A DNA stretch of 62,729 bases, filler included, from Thermodesulfobacteriota bacterium (GTDB lineage: Bacteria; DASVDK01): NCBI GenBank assembly GCA_036381125.1. It is 9 parts of 9 records of this genome, joined end to end, with 100 filler letters (N's around TTAATTAATTAA, not from the genome) between each part and the next. Parts side by side here need not be neighbours in the genome. Positions count along the whole stretch, not along the records: positions 1 to 26,548 come from DASVDK010000078.1; positions 26,649 to 31,540 come from DASVDK010000081.1; 7 more parts are not named here. One strand, given 5' to 3'. Numbering within the stretch: the first letter of the stretch is position 1; each line of letters starts with the position of its first letter. Below, in pieces: positions 19,750 to 31,540 of the stretch. The translations under genes were made by a program, and so were the position numbers. The notes beneath the pieces are model-generated. The model did no database searches and was not told the DNA's origin. It saw only the letters and a program-made list of their open reading frames with translations.

Positions 19750-20739
19750 TCAGGCCGCCTTTCCCTCGAGCCTGGCCAGGCGCGCGAGGAGCAGCCGCGC
19801 GCCGGCGAGCACGACGAACGTGATGAGGAAGAGGATGAGCCCGAGCGCGATCAGCGCCGAGAGGTAGAGGTCGCCCACCGCCTCCGTGAACTCGTTGGCC
19901 AGCGCGGCCGAGATCGTGTTGCCCGGCATGAGGAGCGACGCCGAGAGCTGGTAAGCGTTGCCGATGACGAAGGTGACCGCCATCGTCTCGCCGAGCGCGC
20001 GGCCGAGGCCGAGCATGATCCCCCCGATCACGCCGATCCTGGTGTAGGGCAGGACGACCCGCGAGACGACCTCCCAGGTGGTCGCGCCGACGCCGTAGGC
20101 CGACTCCTTGAGCATCGGCGGCACGACCTCGAACACGTCGCGCATGACGGCCGAGATGAAGGGGATCACCATGATCCAGAGGATCAGGCCGGCCGTGAGC
20201 ATGCCGATGCCCATGGGAGGCCCCTGGAAGAGGGCGCCGACGAGCGGCAGCTCGCCCAGCGTGTCGTTCAGCCGGGGCTGGACGTGGTCGGCCATGAAGG
20301 GCGCGAAGACGAAGAGGCCCCACATGCCGTAGATGATGCTCGGGATGCCGGCCAGCAGCTCCACGGCGATCCCGAGCGGGCGCCTGAGCCAGCGCGGGCA
20401 GAGCTCGGTGATGAAGAGCGCGATGCCGAAGCTCACCGGGATGCCGATCACCATGGCGATGGCCGAGGTCACGAGCGTCCCGTAGATCGCCACGAGGGCG
20501 CCGAACTCCTCGGTGACCGGGTTCCAGGCGGTGCTCGCGACGAACCCGAGGCCGAACCTCCGGAGCGCCGGCCAGGCCCCCACGACGAGGGAGGCGATGA
20601 TCGCGAGCAGCGTGACGAGGAGCAGGAAGGCGAAGCCCTGCGTCGTGCGGAGGAAGGCGGCGTCGGCCAGCCCCTGGAGGCTGCCGCGCCGGATCGTGGC
20701 CGCGTGGCCGGGGATCGTCGGTTGCTCGGTGCTGATCAT
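19750..20739 (-). CDS. pstC: Phosphate ABC transporter permease
   Basis: [25 protein letters not shown]. Confidence 0.95.
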   Translation of the reverse strand: MISTEQPTIPGHAATIRRGSLQGLADAAFLRTTQGFAFLLLVTLLAIIASLVVGAWPALRRFGLGFVASTAWNPVTEEFGALVAIYGTLVTSAIAMVIGIPVSFGIALFITELCPRWLRRPLGIAVELLAGIPSIIYGMWGLFVFAPFMADHVQPRLNDTLGELPLVGALFQGPPMGIGMLTAGLILWIMVIPFISAVMRDVFEVVPPMLKESAYGVGATTWEVVSRVVLPYTRIGVIGGIMLGLGRALGETMAVTFVIGNAYQLSASLLMPGNTISAALANEFTEAVGDLYLSALIALGLILFLITFVVLAGARLLLARLARLEGKAA

Positions 20740-20765
20740 GGACGGCTCCGCCGCGCGCGCCGCGG

Positions 20766-21836
20766 CTAGTTCTGGCCGGAGGTGGACCAGATCGGCTGGC
20801 CGCCGGGTCCCTTGATCTGCTCCCGCCACAGCGCCTCCACCTGCGCCACGACCGGGTTCGGCATCGGGACGTAGTGCAGCTCGCTGGCCATCGCGTCGCC
20901 GTTCTCGTAGGCCCACGCGAAGAACTTGAGGACCTCGCGCGCCGTCTCCGGCCTCGCCTGCTGCCGGTGCATCAGGACGAACGTGGCGCCGGCGATCGGC
21001 CAGGCGCCCTTCGCCGCCTGGTCGGTGAGGATCACGCCGAAGCCGGGCGTCCCCTTCCAGTCGGCGCCGGCGGCGGCGGCCTGGAAGCTCTCGGCCGTCG
21101 GGCGGACGAACTCGCCCGCCCTGTTCTGCATGAGCCCGTAGGCGAGCTTGTTCTGGAACGCGTAGGCGTACTCCACGTAGCCGATCGCGCCGTTGATCCG
21201 CTGGACGTAGGACGCGACGCCCTCGTTGCCCTTGCCGCCCACGCCGGTCGGCCACTGCACCGCGGTGCCCTCGCCGACCTTCGCCTTCCACTCCGGGCTC
21301 ACCTTCGACAGGTAGTTCGCGAAGATGAACGTCGTGCCGGAGCCGTCGGAGCGGTGCACGACGGTGATGGCGCGGTCGGGGAGCGAGAGGCCCGGGTTGA
21401 GCCGGGCGATGGCCGGGTCGTTCCACTTCCTGACCTTGCCGAGGAAGATGTCGGCGAGGAGCGGGCCGCTCAGCTTCAGCTCCCGGGCCTCGACGCCCCG
21501 CACGTTGACGACCGGCACGACGCCGCCCATCACGGTCGGGAACTGGACGAGGCCCTCCTTGTCGAGCTGCTCCGGCTTGAGCGGCGCGTCGGACGCGCCG
21601 AAGTCCACCGTCTTCGCGGTGATCTGCCGGATGCCGCCTCCGGAGCCGATCGACTGGTAGTTGAGGCCGACGCCCGTCTTCGCCCTGTAGGCCTCGGCCC
21701 ACTTGGCGTAGATCGGGAAGGGGAAGGTCGCGCCGGCGCCGGTGATGTCCGCGGCGTCCGCGGCCGTCCCCGTGAGGAGCATCGCGGCGCTCGCCAGGGC
21801 GAGGAGCCCGGTTGCGCGGCGGGCAACGGTCTGCAT
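20766..21836 (-). CDS. pstS: Phosphate-binding periplasmic protein
   Basis: [30 protein letters not shown]. Confidence 0.96.
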   Translation of the reverse strand: MQTVARRATGLLALASAAMLLTGTAADAADITGAGATFPFPIYAKWAEAYRAKTGVGLNYQSIGSGGGIRQITAKTVDFGASDAPLKPEQLDKEGLVQFPTVMGGVVPVVNVRGVEARELKLSGPLLADIFLGKVRKWNDPAIARLNPGLSLPDRAITVVHRSDGSGTTFIFANYLSKVSPEWKAKVGEGTAVQWPTGVGGKGNEGVASYVQRINGAIGYVEYAYAFQNKLAYGLMQNRAGEFVRPTAESFQAAAAGADWKGTPGFGVILTDQAAKGAWPIAGATFVLMHRQQARPETAREVLKFFAWAYENGDAMASELHYVPMPNPVVAQVEALWREQIKGPGGQPIWSTSGQN

Positions 21837-21900
21837 CTGTTCAACGCCTCCTTGGACCGGTGGGGTCGCCTTTCGGTCCCCCCAAGGGAAACCGACCGGG

Positions 21901-21960
21901 GTAATGGGCCCGTGGCAGAACCGTGACCGGACGATGAAATGCTCGCTGCGGGTCGTGACA
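21901..21960 (-). promoter_or_regulatory. Pho-box array upstream of pstS
   Basis: Minus-strand hexamers TTTCAT, GGTCAC, TGCCAC, CATTAC at exact 11-bp spacing (plus-strand starts 21934, 21923, 21912, 21901), plus TGTCAC at 21955-21960. Confidence 0.7.
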
Positions 21961-22011
21961 CCGGGAGGCGCCCCGAGATCACGGGCCCGCAGGGGAGGGC
22001 CGCGGCGTCGA

Positions 22012-22746
22012 TCAGGCGGCCTCCCGAGGCGGCACGAACTTGTAGCCGACCCCGCGCACGGTGACGATCAGCTTGGGGTCGGCCGGGTTCTCCTCGATCT
22101 GCGCGCGCAGGCGCTTGATGTGGACGTCCACCGTGCGCGGCTCGACGAACTCCTCGCCCCAGATCAGGTCGAGGAGCTGGTCGCGCGTGTAGACCCGTTC
22201 GGCGTGCGTGAGGAAGAAGCGGAGCAGGCGGAACTCCATGGGGCGCAGCGACACCGGCCGGCCGTTGCGTGTGACCTCGTAGGTCGCGAAGTCCACCACG
22301 AGCCCGCCCACCTCGTAGCGCTCGCTCTCGACCGGGCGGGCCTGCTCGCGCTCCTGGCGGCGCATCAGGGCGCGGACCCGCGCGACCAGCTCTCGCGGGC
22401 TGAAGGGCTTGGTGAGGTAGTCGTCGGCCCCCACCTCGAAGCCGATCAGCTTGTCCACCTCCTCGCCGCGGGCGGTGAGCATGATGAGGGGGATGCCGGC
22501 CGTCTTCGGATCACGGCGCAGGGCGCGGCAGACCTCGAGCCCCTGGACGTCGGGCAGCATGAGGTCGAGGACCACCACGTCGAACGGCTCGTGGCGGACG
22601 AGCGACAGCGCGCGCGCCCCCTCGCCGACCCCCTGCACCTCGAAGCCTTCCTTGCGCAGGTTCGCCGCGACCAGCTCGACGATGTCGGGCTCGTCGTCGA
22701 CGACGAGGACCCGCGGCGTCCTGCGCGCCGTCGTGCTCACGCTCAT
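22012..22746 (-). CDS. phoB: OmpR-family response regulator, PhoB-like
   Basis: VLVVDDE, LDLMLP, GADDYLTKPF, RTVDVHIKRLR, TVRGVGY; located in pst cluster. Confidence 0.88.
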   Translation of the reverse strand: MSVSTTARRTPRVLVVDDEPDIVELVAANLRKEGFEVQGVGEGARALSLVRHEPFDVVVLDLMLPDVQGLEVCRALRRDPKTAGIPLIMLTARGEEVDKLIGFEVGADDYLTKPFSPRELVARVRALMRRQEREQARPVESERYEVGGLVVDFATYEVTRNGRPVSLRPMEFRLLRFFLTHAERVYTRDQLLDLIWGEEFVEPRTVDVHIKRLRAQIEENPADPKLIVTVRGVGYKFVPPREAA

Positions 22747-22760
22747 GCCCTGCCTCCGCC

Positions 22761-22880
22761 AACGGCTCGCGGCCGGCGTCCGCTCCGCGCGGGGTGAACC
22801 CGCGCTCCGCTCCACGCGAGCCTTCGGCTCGCCCCGGCCGGTGGCCGCTCGCCTCGGGCGGCGCGACCGCGCCGCCGCCC
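22761..22880. repeat. Solo copy of ~120-bp structured repeat (same family as 49649-50035)
   Basis: AACGGCTCGCGGCC..GTCCGCTCCGC.CGGGGTGAACCCG.GCTCCGCTCCAC...GGCCGCTCGCCTC shared with the 49649 copy. Confidence 0.85.
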
Positions 22881-22925
22881 GGGTACGGGACGGCGGGAAG
22901 TCTAGCATGGCGTGTCACGGGCTCC

Positions 22926-22942
22926 GTGAACGCATCGTGACC
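22926..22942 (-). promoter_or_regulatory. Possible Pho box upstream of phoB
   Basis: GGTCAC-N5-GTTCAC with 11-bp period on minus strand. Confidence 0.4.
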
Positions 22943-22989
22943 CGCGCGGTCGACCGGGCGCCACACCGCCTCTCCCTCGCCGGCCGGCC

Positions 22990-23299
22990 TGCCGGCCGGC
23001 GCGGCCAGGAAGAGCCGGAACGCGGCGAGCCGCTCCTCCTCGCTCCCGGTCGCGACGGACCGGTCGCCGAAGCTCCAGGCGAGGCGCCGCGCCGGCGCCG
23101 GGAAGACCGCGCAGGACCCGGCCGCCCTGTCGCTCGCGGTGATCACGCAGTCCCAGGGCTGGTCGATGAAGGGGTCGACCGTCTTCGACGTGTGGCCCGA
23201 GACGTCGATCCCGATGTCGGCCATGGCCGTGACGGCGAGCGGGTGGACGCGCGTCGCCTCGGTGTTGGCCGAGGCGAGCCGACACGATGCCGGCGTCAT
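22990..23299 (-). pseudogene. arsC: Degenerate thioredoxin-type arsenate reductase (ArsC/LMWP) remnant
   Basis: TRVHPLAVTAMADIGIDVSGHTSKTVD...VITASDRAAGSCAVFP...WSFGD...EERLAAFR; no CX5R P-loop, first resolving Cys replaced by Ser, no stop until 22511; ATG overlaps arsM stop. Confidence 0.7.
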
Positions 23300-24123
23300 C
23301 GAGCATGGGGAGATGGAGGGACGGGCGGCTTGACCGCCCGGACGAACGCGCTCATGAACGTCCCGTCGATCGCTGCGAGGGCGGACTCGTCGAGCCCGGC
23401 CGGGGCGAGCCAGTCGCGCACGTCCTCGGCACGGTAGACGCGCGTCGGCTCGACGTCGATCACCTCGAAGCCGGCGCGCGCGAGCCTCGACCGGTAGTCC
23501 CCTTCCTCGAGGGCGCCGGCCACGCACCCGGCCCACAGCTCCACGCTGCGCCGGACCTCCGGCGGCACGTCGCCGCGGACCACGACGTCCGAGACGGCGA
23601 GGCGGCCGCCCGGCTTGAGGACGCGGAACGCCTCGGCGAAGACGCGGTCCTTGTCGGCCGACAGGTTGATCACGCAGTTCGAGATGATCACGTCCACGGT
23701 TGCGTCGGGGAGCGGGATCCGCTCGATCTCGCCCTTGAGAAACTCCGCGTTCTCGACGCCGGCCTTCCGCTGGTTCTCGCGCGCCAGCGCGAGCATCTCG
23801 TCGGTCATGTCGAGCCCGTAGGCCTTCCCCCCGGGCGCCACGCGGCGCGCCGAGAGGAGCACGTCGATCCCCCCGCCCGAGCCGAGGTCGAGCACGACCT
23901 CGCCGGGCCGCAGGTCGGCCAGCGCCGTCGGGTTGCCGCAGCCGAGGGAGGCCGCCACGGCCTCGGCCGGCAGGGCGGCCGTGTCGCCGGCCTCGTAGAG
24001 GTCGCACGTGATCGGGTCCTTCGCCCCCGTCGGCCCGCAGCAGCCGCTTCCGCCCTGGATCACCCGGAGCGCGGCCTCGCGGTAGCGCTCCCGCACCGTC
24101 TCCTTGATGCCCGTCTTCTCCAT
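23296..24123 (-). CDS. arsM: Arsenite S-adenosylmethionine methyltransferase
   Basis: [39 protein letters not shown] conserved Cys pattern. Confidence 0.93.
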   Translation of the reverse strand: MEKTGIKETVRERYREAALRVIQGGSGCCGPTGAKDPITCDLYEAGDTAALPAEAVAASLGCGNPTALADLRPGEVVLDLGSGGGIDVLLSARRVAPGGKAYGLDMTDEMLALARENQRKAGVENAEFLKGEIERIPLPDATVDVIISNCVINLSADKDRVFAEAFRVLKPGGRLAVSDVVVRGDVPPEVRRSVELWAGCVAGALEEGDYRSRLARAGFEVIDVEPTRVYRAEDVRDWLAPAGLDESALAAIDGTFMSAFVRAVKPPVPPSPHAR

Positions 24124-24216
24124 CGTTCGTCCTCCTGACGCCGTCGCTACCGCTTCGCGGTCCCGAGGGTGACGAGCCCGTTCGCCAGGCGAGCGGCGGA
24201 CGCCGGCAGCCTCCAG

Positions 24217-24274
24217 TATTCCAGATTTGTCGAAATGTACGATTCGAGAATACCAGAAGCGTGGAGGCTGTCAA
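24217..24274 (-). promoter_or_regulatory. Sigma70 promoter of arsM with adjacent AT-rich imperfect palindromes (candidate ArsR operator)
   Basis: TTGACA (24274-24269)-N16-TATTCT (24252-24247) with extended TG; TATTCCAGATTTGTCGAAAT imperfect inverted repeat. Confidence 0.6.
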
Positions 24275-24355
24275 GGAAGGCCGAACCGGGGGCAGGCCCG
24301 TCCATTCTCCAGGCCTGCCCGTTCTCCCCGGGTGGAAAATGGAAAGACCTGACCC

Positions 24356-25171
24356 CTAGACGATGGCGCCCCGGACGCGGGCCGAGACCCACTCGCTCGC
24401 CAGGACCGTGACGAAGATGAGGATGAAGATCATGGTCACCTGGGGCCAGGCGAGGATGTTGATGGAGGACTGGAGCTGCAGGCCGATGCCGCCCGCGCCG
24501 ACCAGGCCGAGGACGGTCGACTCGCGGATGTTGATGTCCCAGCGGTAGACCGAGATGCCGGCGAAGGCCGGCAGGACCTGGGGCACGATGCCGTACGCCA
24601 GGACCTGCGCGCGGGAGGCGCCGGTGGAGGTGATGGCCTCGACCTGCGACGGGTCGATCTCCTCGATCGCCTCGTAGAGGAGCTTGCCGACGAAGCCGAT
24701 GGACCGGAAGCCGATGGCGAGGATCCCGGCCAGGATGCCGGGCCCGAGGATGCTCACGAGCAGGAGCGCCCAGATGAGGGAGTTGATCGACCGCGACGCG
24801 ACGATGCAGTAGAGCGCGAGCGGCCGAACGACGAGCATGCTCGGCGTCGTGTTGCGGGCGGCGAGGAAGCCGAGCGGCGTGGCGATCACGACGCCGAGGA
24901 GCGTCCCGAGGGTCGCGATGTTGATCGTGTCCCACAGGGGGCGCCAGAGCTGGTCGATGTAGGTCCACCGCGGGGGGACCATGCGCGAGAGCAGGTCCCA
25001 GGCCTGCGTCGGCGCGTCCCAGACGAAGGGCCACATCGTGTTGCCGGAGATCACCCGCCAGGAGGCCACCACCACTGCGGTGCCGACGAGCCAGGCGAGC
25101 CAGACGAGGAGGTCGGTGCGCCGGTCGCGCCGGCGCCAGGCCTTGACCGCTCCCGCGTTCGAGACCGGCAC
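24356..25171 (-). CDS. phnE: Phosphonate/phosphite-type ABC permease
   Basis: NIRESTVLGLVGAGGIG, EAIEEID motifs. Confidence 0.9.
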   Translation of the reverse strand: MPVSNAGAVKAWRRRDRRTDLLVWLAWLVGTAVVVASWRVISGNTMWPFVWDAPTQAWDLLSRMVPPRWTYIDQLWRPLWDTINIATLGTLLGVVIATPLGFLAARNTTPSMLVVRPLALYCIVASRSINSLIWALLLVSILGPGILAGILAIGFRSIGFVGKLLYEAIEEIDPSQVEAITSTGASRAQVLAYGIVPQVLPAFAGISVYRWDINIRESTVLGLVGAGGIGLQLQSSINILAWPQVTMIFILIFVTVLASEWVSARVRGAIV

Positions 25172-25172
25172 C

Positions 25173-25979
25173 TTACTGGACCTTCCGGCGGATGATCCCC
25201 GAGGCGTACTCGGTGGCCATCACGATGCCGATGATCAGGAGGAGCACGGCCGCCGCCGTGTCGAACTCGTAGCGGTCGAAGGCGGTGTTGAGCGTGGCGC
25301 CGATGCCGCCGGCGCCGACGATCCCCACCACGGCCGACTCCCGGAAGTTGATGTCGAGGCGGTAGACCGACAGCCCGATGAGGCGCGGCATGACCTGCGG
25401 CTGGACGGCGTAGTTGATGAGCTGCGACCAGGAGGCCCCGGTCGACCGGATCGCCTCCACCTGCGAGCGGTCGATCTCCTCGATGTCCTCGGCCAGGAGC
25501 TTGGCGAGGAAGCCGATCGTGGCGAAGGCGAGCGTGATCATGCCGGCGAGCGGCCCGAACCCGAACATCTTCACGAAGAGGATCGCGATGATCACCTCCT
25601 GGAACGTCCGGGACAGGGCGATCACGCCGCGGCAGGCCAGGTAGATCGGGACGGGGGCGATGTTCCGCGCGGCCCCGAGACCGATCGGCACCGAGATCAG
25701 GATCCCGAGCGCGGTCGAGGTGATCGCCATGGTGATGCTCTCGAGGATCCCCTCCCAGATGTCACGCCACCGCGAGAGGAAGTCGGGCGTGAGGAACGAG
25801 GCGACGAACGCGAGGCCGCGAGGGATACCCTCGAGCACGCGCGCCCACCGGACCTCGATCGTGCCGAGCGCGGCGGCGAGGTAGATCGCCGCGCCGAGGG
25901 CGAGCCCCCAGCGCAGGAGCGGGTTCGCGACGAGGGGCGGGGGCGACCAGCGGCGCCCCGCGGGGGAGGCGACCGACAC
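25173..25979 (-). CDS. phnE: Phosphonate/phosphite-type ABC permease
   Basis: DINFRESAVVGIVGAGGIG motif. Confidence 0.9.
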   Translation of the reverse strand: MSVASPAGRRWSPPPLVANPLLRWGLALGAAIYLAAALGTIEVRWARVLEGIPRGLAFVASFLTPDFLSRWRDIWEGILESITMAITSTALGILISVPIGLGAARNIAPVPIYLACRGVIALSRTFQEVIIAILFVKMFGFGPLAGMITLAFATIGFLAKLLAEDIEEIDRSQVEAIRSTGASWSQLINYAVQPQVMPRLIGLSVYRLDINFRESAVVGIVGAGGIGATLNTAFDRYEFDTAAAVLLLIIGIVMATEYASGIIRRKVQ

Positions 25980-25980
25980 G

Positions 25981-26548
25981 TCAGAGCACCCGCGCCCGCA
26001 CGTCGCGGTCCCGTCCCGTGCCGGTCTCGGCCTCGTCCTCCTCGTCGGCGGCCGGCGCCATCGTCGCCGTCCAGTCCTCCTCGCCGTAGATCCGGGTGAG
26101 CGCCTCGGGGGTGAGGGCGCTCGGCTGGTCGTCGAAGACGATCTCCCCGGCGCGCAGCCCGACCACCCGCGCGGCGAACATGCGGGCGAGCCCCACGTCG
26201 TGCAGGTTGACGATCGTCGCGAGCCCCCGTTCGTTCGACAGCTCGACGATGAGCCGCATGATCTGGCGCGAGGTCTTCGGGTCGAGGCTCGCCGTCGGCT
26301 CGTCGACGAGCAGGAGGTCGGGCCCCTGCAGGAGGGCGCGCGCGATGCCGACGCGCTGGCGCTGTCCGCCCGAGAGCGCGTCGGCCCGTTTGTCGACGAA
26401 CTCGGAGAGCCCCACGCGGTCGAGGAGGCGGAAGGCCTCGTCGACCGCGTCCTGCGGGAAGCGGCGGAACCACGACGACCAGAAGCCGACGTAGCCGAGC
26501 CGCCCCGAGAGGACGTTCTCCATGACCGAGAGTCGCTCGACGAGGGCG
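25981..26548 (-). CDS. phnC: Phosphonate-type ABC ATPase (5' truncated by contig end)
   Basis: [38 protein letters not shown]. Confidence 0.9.
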
Positions 26549-26648
26549 NNNNNNNNNNNNNNNNNNNNNNNNNNNNNNNNNNNNNNNNNNNNTTAATTAA
26601 TTAANNNNNNNNNNNNNNNNNNNNNNNNNNNNNNNNNNNNNNNNNNNN
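26549..26648. other. Artificial contig linker (also at 31541-31640, 41122-41221, 44402-44501, 47095-47194, 49361-49460, 57417-57516, 60306-60405)
   Basis: Identical N44-TTAATTAATTAA-N44 spacer with stops in all six frames; genes truncated on either side. Confidence 0.98.
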
Positions 26649-28125
26649 ATACCCCCCCTCCGCTGCCCTTCATCGTCGTGATCTCCCCCCCACTCCGTGG
26701 GGGGGAGCCCGCCTCGCCGGCTGCGGCTCGTGCTACGAGCGCCCGGACGGCCGCGGCGAAGACTTCCGACCGGTGGAGGTAGTCGCGGAACATGTCGAAC
26801 GACGAGCAGGCGGGCGACAGCAGGACGCTGTCGCCGGGCCTGGCCGCGGCGAAGGCGGCCTCGACCGCCGCCTCGAGCGACGGCGCCCGAACCGTGTCGG
26901 TGAGGCGGCCGAGCGCGGCCGCCATCCGCGGGGCCGCCTCGCCGATGAGGACCAGCCGGCGCACGCGCGCCTTCACGAGCGGCGCGAGCGGCGCGTAGTC
27001 GCCCCCCTTGTCCTTGCCGCCCGCGATCAGGACGACCGGCGTCGCGAAGGACTCGAGCGCGCGCACGACGGCGGCGACGTTCGTCCCCTTCGAGTCGTCG
27101 TAGAAGCCGACGCCGCGCGCCTCGCCGATCCGCTCGATCCGGTGCGCGAGGCTCGCCACCCCCTCGAGGGCGCGCTGGATGGCCGCGGCCGGCACGCCGA
27201 GCCTGCGCCCCATGGCCACGGCGACCAGCATGTTCTCGAGGTTGTGCCGCCCGGGCAGCCGGACCTTCGCGAGCGGGTAGCGCTCCCCCTCGAAGCGGAG
27301 CGCCCCGCGCCCCTCCCGGCCCACCTCGACGCCGGAGCCGGGCTCGACGGTCGCCTCGGCGGGGGCGCCCGAAGGGGTCGGCCGGCCGAGGACGCTCACC
27401 CAGGTGATGCGCGTGCCGGGGCGGACGTCGGCCGCCAGCGCCGCCACGCGGGGGTCGTCGGCGTTGAGGACGAGGTGGTCCCCCTCGCCCATATTCTCGA
27501 AGAGCCGCGCCTTGGCGGCGACGTAGGCCGCCATCGACGGGTAGCGGTCGAGGTGGTCCTCGGTGATGTTGACGATCGAGGCGACGCGCGGCCGGAAGGC
27601 GGCGATCCGCTCGAGCTGGAACGACGACACCTCGGCGACGACCGCCTCGAACGGCCGTCCGGCGCACGCCTCCTCGTCGGCCGCCTCGACGAGCGGCGTG
27701 CCGAGGTTGCCGCCGACGAAGACGCGCCAGCCGGCGGCCCGGCAGCAGGCGCCGAGGACCTCGGTCGTCGTGCTCTTCCCGTTGGTCCCGGTGATGGCCG
27801 CGATCGGCCCGGCGAGGAACCGGCTCGCCAGCTCCACCTCGCTCACCACCGGCACGCCGGCCCGGTCGGCCGCCTCGAGGGCCGGGATCGGCGGCACGCC
27901 GGGCGAGAGGACGATGAGATCGGCCGCCGCGAAGCGCGCGGCCTCGTGCCCGCCGAGGGCGAGCGCCACGCCGGCGCCCCGCAGCGACGCCTCGACCTCG
28001 GGGGGCAAGGACGGCCGCGCGTCGTTGCCCGTGACGGCCGCGCCGCGGGCGGCGAGGAAGCGAGCAGCCGCCTGCCCGCTCTTGCCGAGCCCGACTACGA
28101 GCACCTGCCGCCCCGCGAGGTCCAC
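26649..28125 (-). CDS. murD: UDP-N-acetylmuramoyl-L-alanine--D-glutamate ligase (stop beyond contig end)
   Basis: GLGKSG, ITGTNGKST, EVSSFQL, DHLDRY, DDSKGTN, LSPACSSFD. Confidence 0.95.
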
Positions 28126-28138
28126 CCGACGTCCTCCC

Positions 28139-29215
<1,077 letters not shown>

Positions 29216-29216
29216 G

Positions 29217-30701
29217 TCAGCTCCGCGCGCCCGGCCGTCCGGCCGGCATGGTGTCGAGCCGGGGCCGCCGCCGCTCGAGGGCCGCGATCACCCGCTCCAT
29301 CGTGACTCCCCGCGACCCCTTCACGAAGACGGCGGAGCCCGGCACGAGCCGGGCCGCGATCGCGTCGGCGATCGCCTCGTGCGTCTCGAGCGCCACGACC
29401 CGTCCGTCGGGCGCTCCCGCCTCGCGGGCGCCCGCCACCACCAGCTCGGCCGAGGGGCCGTAGACGAAGACGCCGTCGAGGGGAAGGGCCGCCACGCGCC
29501 GCCCGAGGTCGCGATGGGCCGCGGCGCTCGCCTCGCCGAGTTCGCGCATCTCCCCGAGGGCCGCGAGCCGGCGGCCGCCCGGCCCGAGCGGGGCCGCGCA
29601 GAAGACCTCCAGCGAGGCGGCCATCGACGCCGGGTTGGCGTTGTACGCGTCGTTGACGACCACCACGTCCCCCTCGAGCCGCACCCGCTCGAAGCGGCCG
29701 GGGACCGGCGTGAAGCGCTCGAGGCCCCGTGCGATCTCGGGGAGCGCCACGCCGGCCGCGAGGGCGGCGGCGGCCGCCAGCGCGGCGTTCATCGCCTGGT
29801 GCCGACCCTCGGCCGGGAGGTCCACCCGCACCCGGCCGGCCGGGGTCTCGAGCGTGAGCGGCGTGCGCCCCTCCGGGGTCGTCGCGCCGGCGCGGGCGAG
29901 CACGTCGACCGGCAGCCCGGACGCCCGCGCGCCGCCCGGCGTCCCGTCGAGGGCGACGCGCAGCGGCGTCACCGCGAGCCCCGCCGCGCCGTCGCGCAGG
30001 CTCGGGTCGTCGGCGTTCACCACCGCCGTGCCGCCGGCCGGCATCCTGCGGAACAGCTCGAGCTTCGCCCGCCTGACGCCGTCGAGCGAGCCGAGCCGCT
30101 CGAGGTGCACCGGCCCGACGTTGGTGATGACGCCGACGTCCGGCCGGGCGATCTCGGTGAGCCGCGCGATCTCGCCGAACCGGTTCATCCCCATCTCGAG
30201 GACCGCGACCCTCGTCCCCTCGGCCATCGCGAGGAGCGTCCGGGGCAGCCCAATGAGGTTGTTCAGGTTCCCGTCGGTCTTGAGCATCGGCCCGAGCGGC
30301 GCGACGGCGGCCGCCAGCATCTCCTTGGTCGTCGTCTTCCCGTTGGACCCGGTCACGGCGAGCACCGTGAGGGCCCCCTCGCGCCGCCGGCGCGCGGCCG
30401 CCAGGTCGCCGAGGGCGGCGAGCGGATCGGCCACGGCCACGAGGGGGAACCCCGGCAGGCCGAGGGCGAGCGACCCGGCCGCCGGCGCCCAGACCAGGGC
30501 CGCCGCCGCGCCCGCCGCGCGGGCCGCCGGCACGAACGTGTGGCCGTCGAACCGCTCCCCCGCGAGCGCCACGAAGAGGCTGCCGGCCGGCACGGCGCGC
30601 GAGTCGGTCGTGACGGCCGTGAAGGGCGCCCCGGGCCTCGGGCCGACGAGGCGGCCGCCGGTGGCCGCGAGGACGAAGTCGAGCGGGAGGGGCATCGTCA
30701 C
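29217..30701 (-). CDS. murF: UDP-N-acetylmuramoyl-tripeptide--D-Ala-D-Ala ligase
   Basis: [34 protein letters not shown]. Confidence 0.95.
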   Translation of the reverse strand: MTMPLPLDFVLAATGGRLVGPRPGAPFTAVTTDSRAVPAGSLFVALAGERFDGHTFVPAARAAGAAAALVWAPAAGSLALGLPGFPLVAVADPLAALGDLAAARRRREGALTVLAVTGSNGKTTTKEMLAAAVAPLGPMLKTDGNLNNLIGLPRTLLAMAEGTRVAVLEMGMNRFGEIARLTEIARPDVGVITNVGPVHLERLGSLDGVRRAKLELFRRMPAGGTAVVNADDPSLRDGAAGLAVTPLRVALDGTPGGARASGLPVDVLARAGATTPEGRTPLTLETPAGRVRVDLPAEGRHQAMNAALAAAAALAAGVALPEIARGLERFTPVPGRFERVRLEGDVVVVNDAYNANPASMAASLEVFCAAPLGPGGRRLAALGEMRELGEASAAAHRDLGRRVAALPLDGVFVYGPSAELVVAGAREAGAPDGRVVALETHEAIADAIAARLVPGSAVFVKGSRGVTMERVIAALERRRPRLDTMPAGRPGARS

Positions 30702-31540
30702 GCGAGCGCCTCCAGTGCGGCCGCGGCCTCCTCCCGGTCGTCGAAGCGGCGCCTCTCGTTGCCGACGATCTGGTAGTCCTCGTGCCCCTTGCCGGCGATG
30801 AGCACCACGTCGCCCGGCCGCGCGAGCCGGAGGGCGAGCCGGATCGCCGCCCGCCGGTCCGGCTCCACCAGGTAGGCCCCCGCGGGCCACTCGCCCGGCT
30901 CGAGGTCGGCCGGCGTCCGGCGCGCGAGGCCGAGGCCCGCAAGCCCCGGCTCGATCTCGGCGATGATGGCGGCCGGGTCCTCGGTGCGGGGGTTGTCGCT
31001 CGTCACGACGACGAGCGACGAGCGCCGGCCGGCCGCCTCGCCCATGAGCGGCCGCTTGCCGCGGTCGCGGTCGCCGCCGCAGCCGAACAGGGTGATGACG
31101 CGCCCCTCCGCGAGCCCGTTCACCGCCTCGAGGACCTTGTCGAGCGCGTCGGCCGTGTGCGCGTAGTCGACGAGCACCGTGATCCCGAGCCGGTTCGCGA
31201 CCGGCTCGAGCCGGCCCGGCACGCCCGGCAGGGCGGCGATCCCCTCGGCGATCGCCTCGGGCGCCACGCCGAGCCCCACGGCGGCCGCCGCGGCGGCGAC
31301 GAGGTTCGACACGTTGAACGCCCCGACGAGCCGCGACCGCACCGGCACCCGGCCGGCCGGCGTCACGATGCGCCCCTCGATGCCGGCCGCCGAGAGCGTC
31401 ATCGCCTCGGCGTAGACCACGGCGCCGCCGTGGCGATCGACCGCGAAGGGGATCGGCCGTCCGTCGACCGCCTCGAGGAGCCGCCGGCCGTGGGGGTCGT
31501 CGACGTTCACGGCGGCGAACCCGGCGCCGAGCCGGAAGAG
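30698..31540 (-). CDS. murE: UDP-N-acetylmuramoyl-dipeptide--DAP ligase (5' truncated)
   Basis: VDYAHT, FGCGGDRD, SDNPR (DAP-specific), AGKGHEDYQ. Confidence 0.95.
   Translation of the reverse strand, partial: LFRLGAGFAAVNVDDPHGRRLLEAVDGRPIPFAVDRHGGAVVYAEAMTLSAAGIEGRIVTPAGRVPVRSRLVGAFNVSNLVAAAAAAVGLGVAPEAIAEGIAALPGVPGRLEPVANRLGITVLVDYAHTADALDKVLEAVNGLAEGRVITLFGCGGDRDRGKRPLMGEAAGRRSSLVVVTSDNPRTEDPAAIIAEIEPGLAGLGLARRTPADLEPGEWPAGAYLVEPDRRAAIRLALRLARPGDVVLIAGKGHEDYQIVGNERRRFDDREEAAAALEALA

Noticed and set aside
24356-26548. C-P lyase phosphonate degradation or ptx phosphite oxidation pathway
   Set aside because: Only transporter genes are present; no phnG-M or ptxD in the window, and the binding protein is off-contig
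26549-26648. Eight identical TTAATTAATTAA motifs inside N runs as a biological repeat
   Set aside because: Artificial six-frame-stop contig linkers
26683-26707. Perfect 11-bp hairpin at the murD 3' end
   Set aside because: Homopolymer-driven, next to a contig end, and no U-tail; cannot be interpreted
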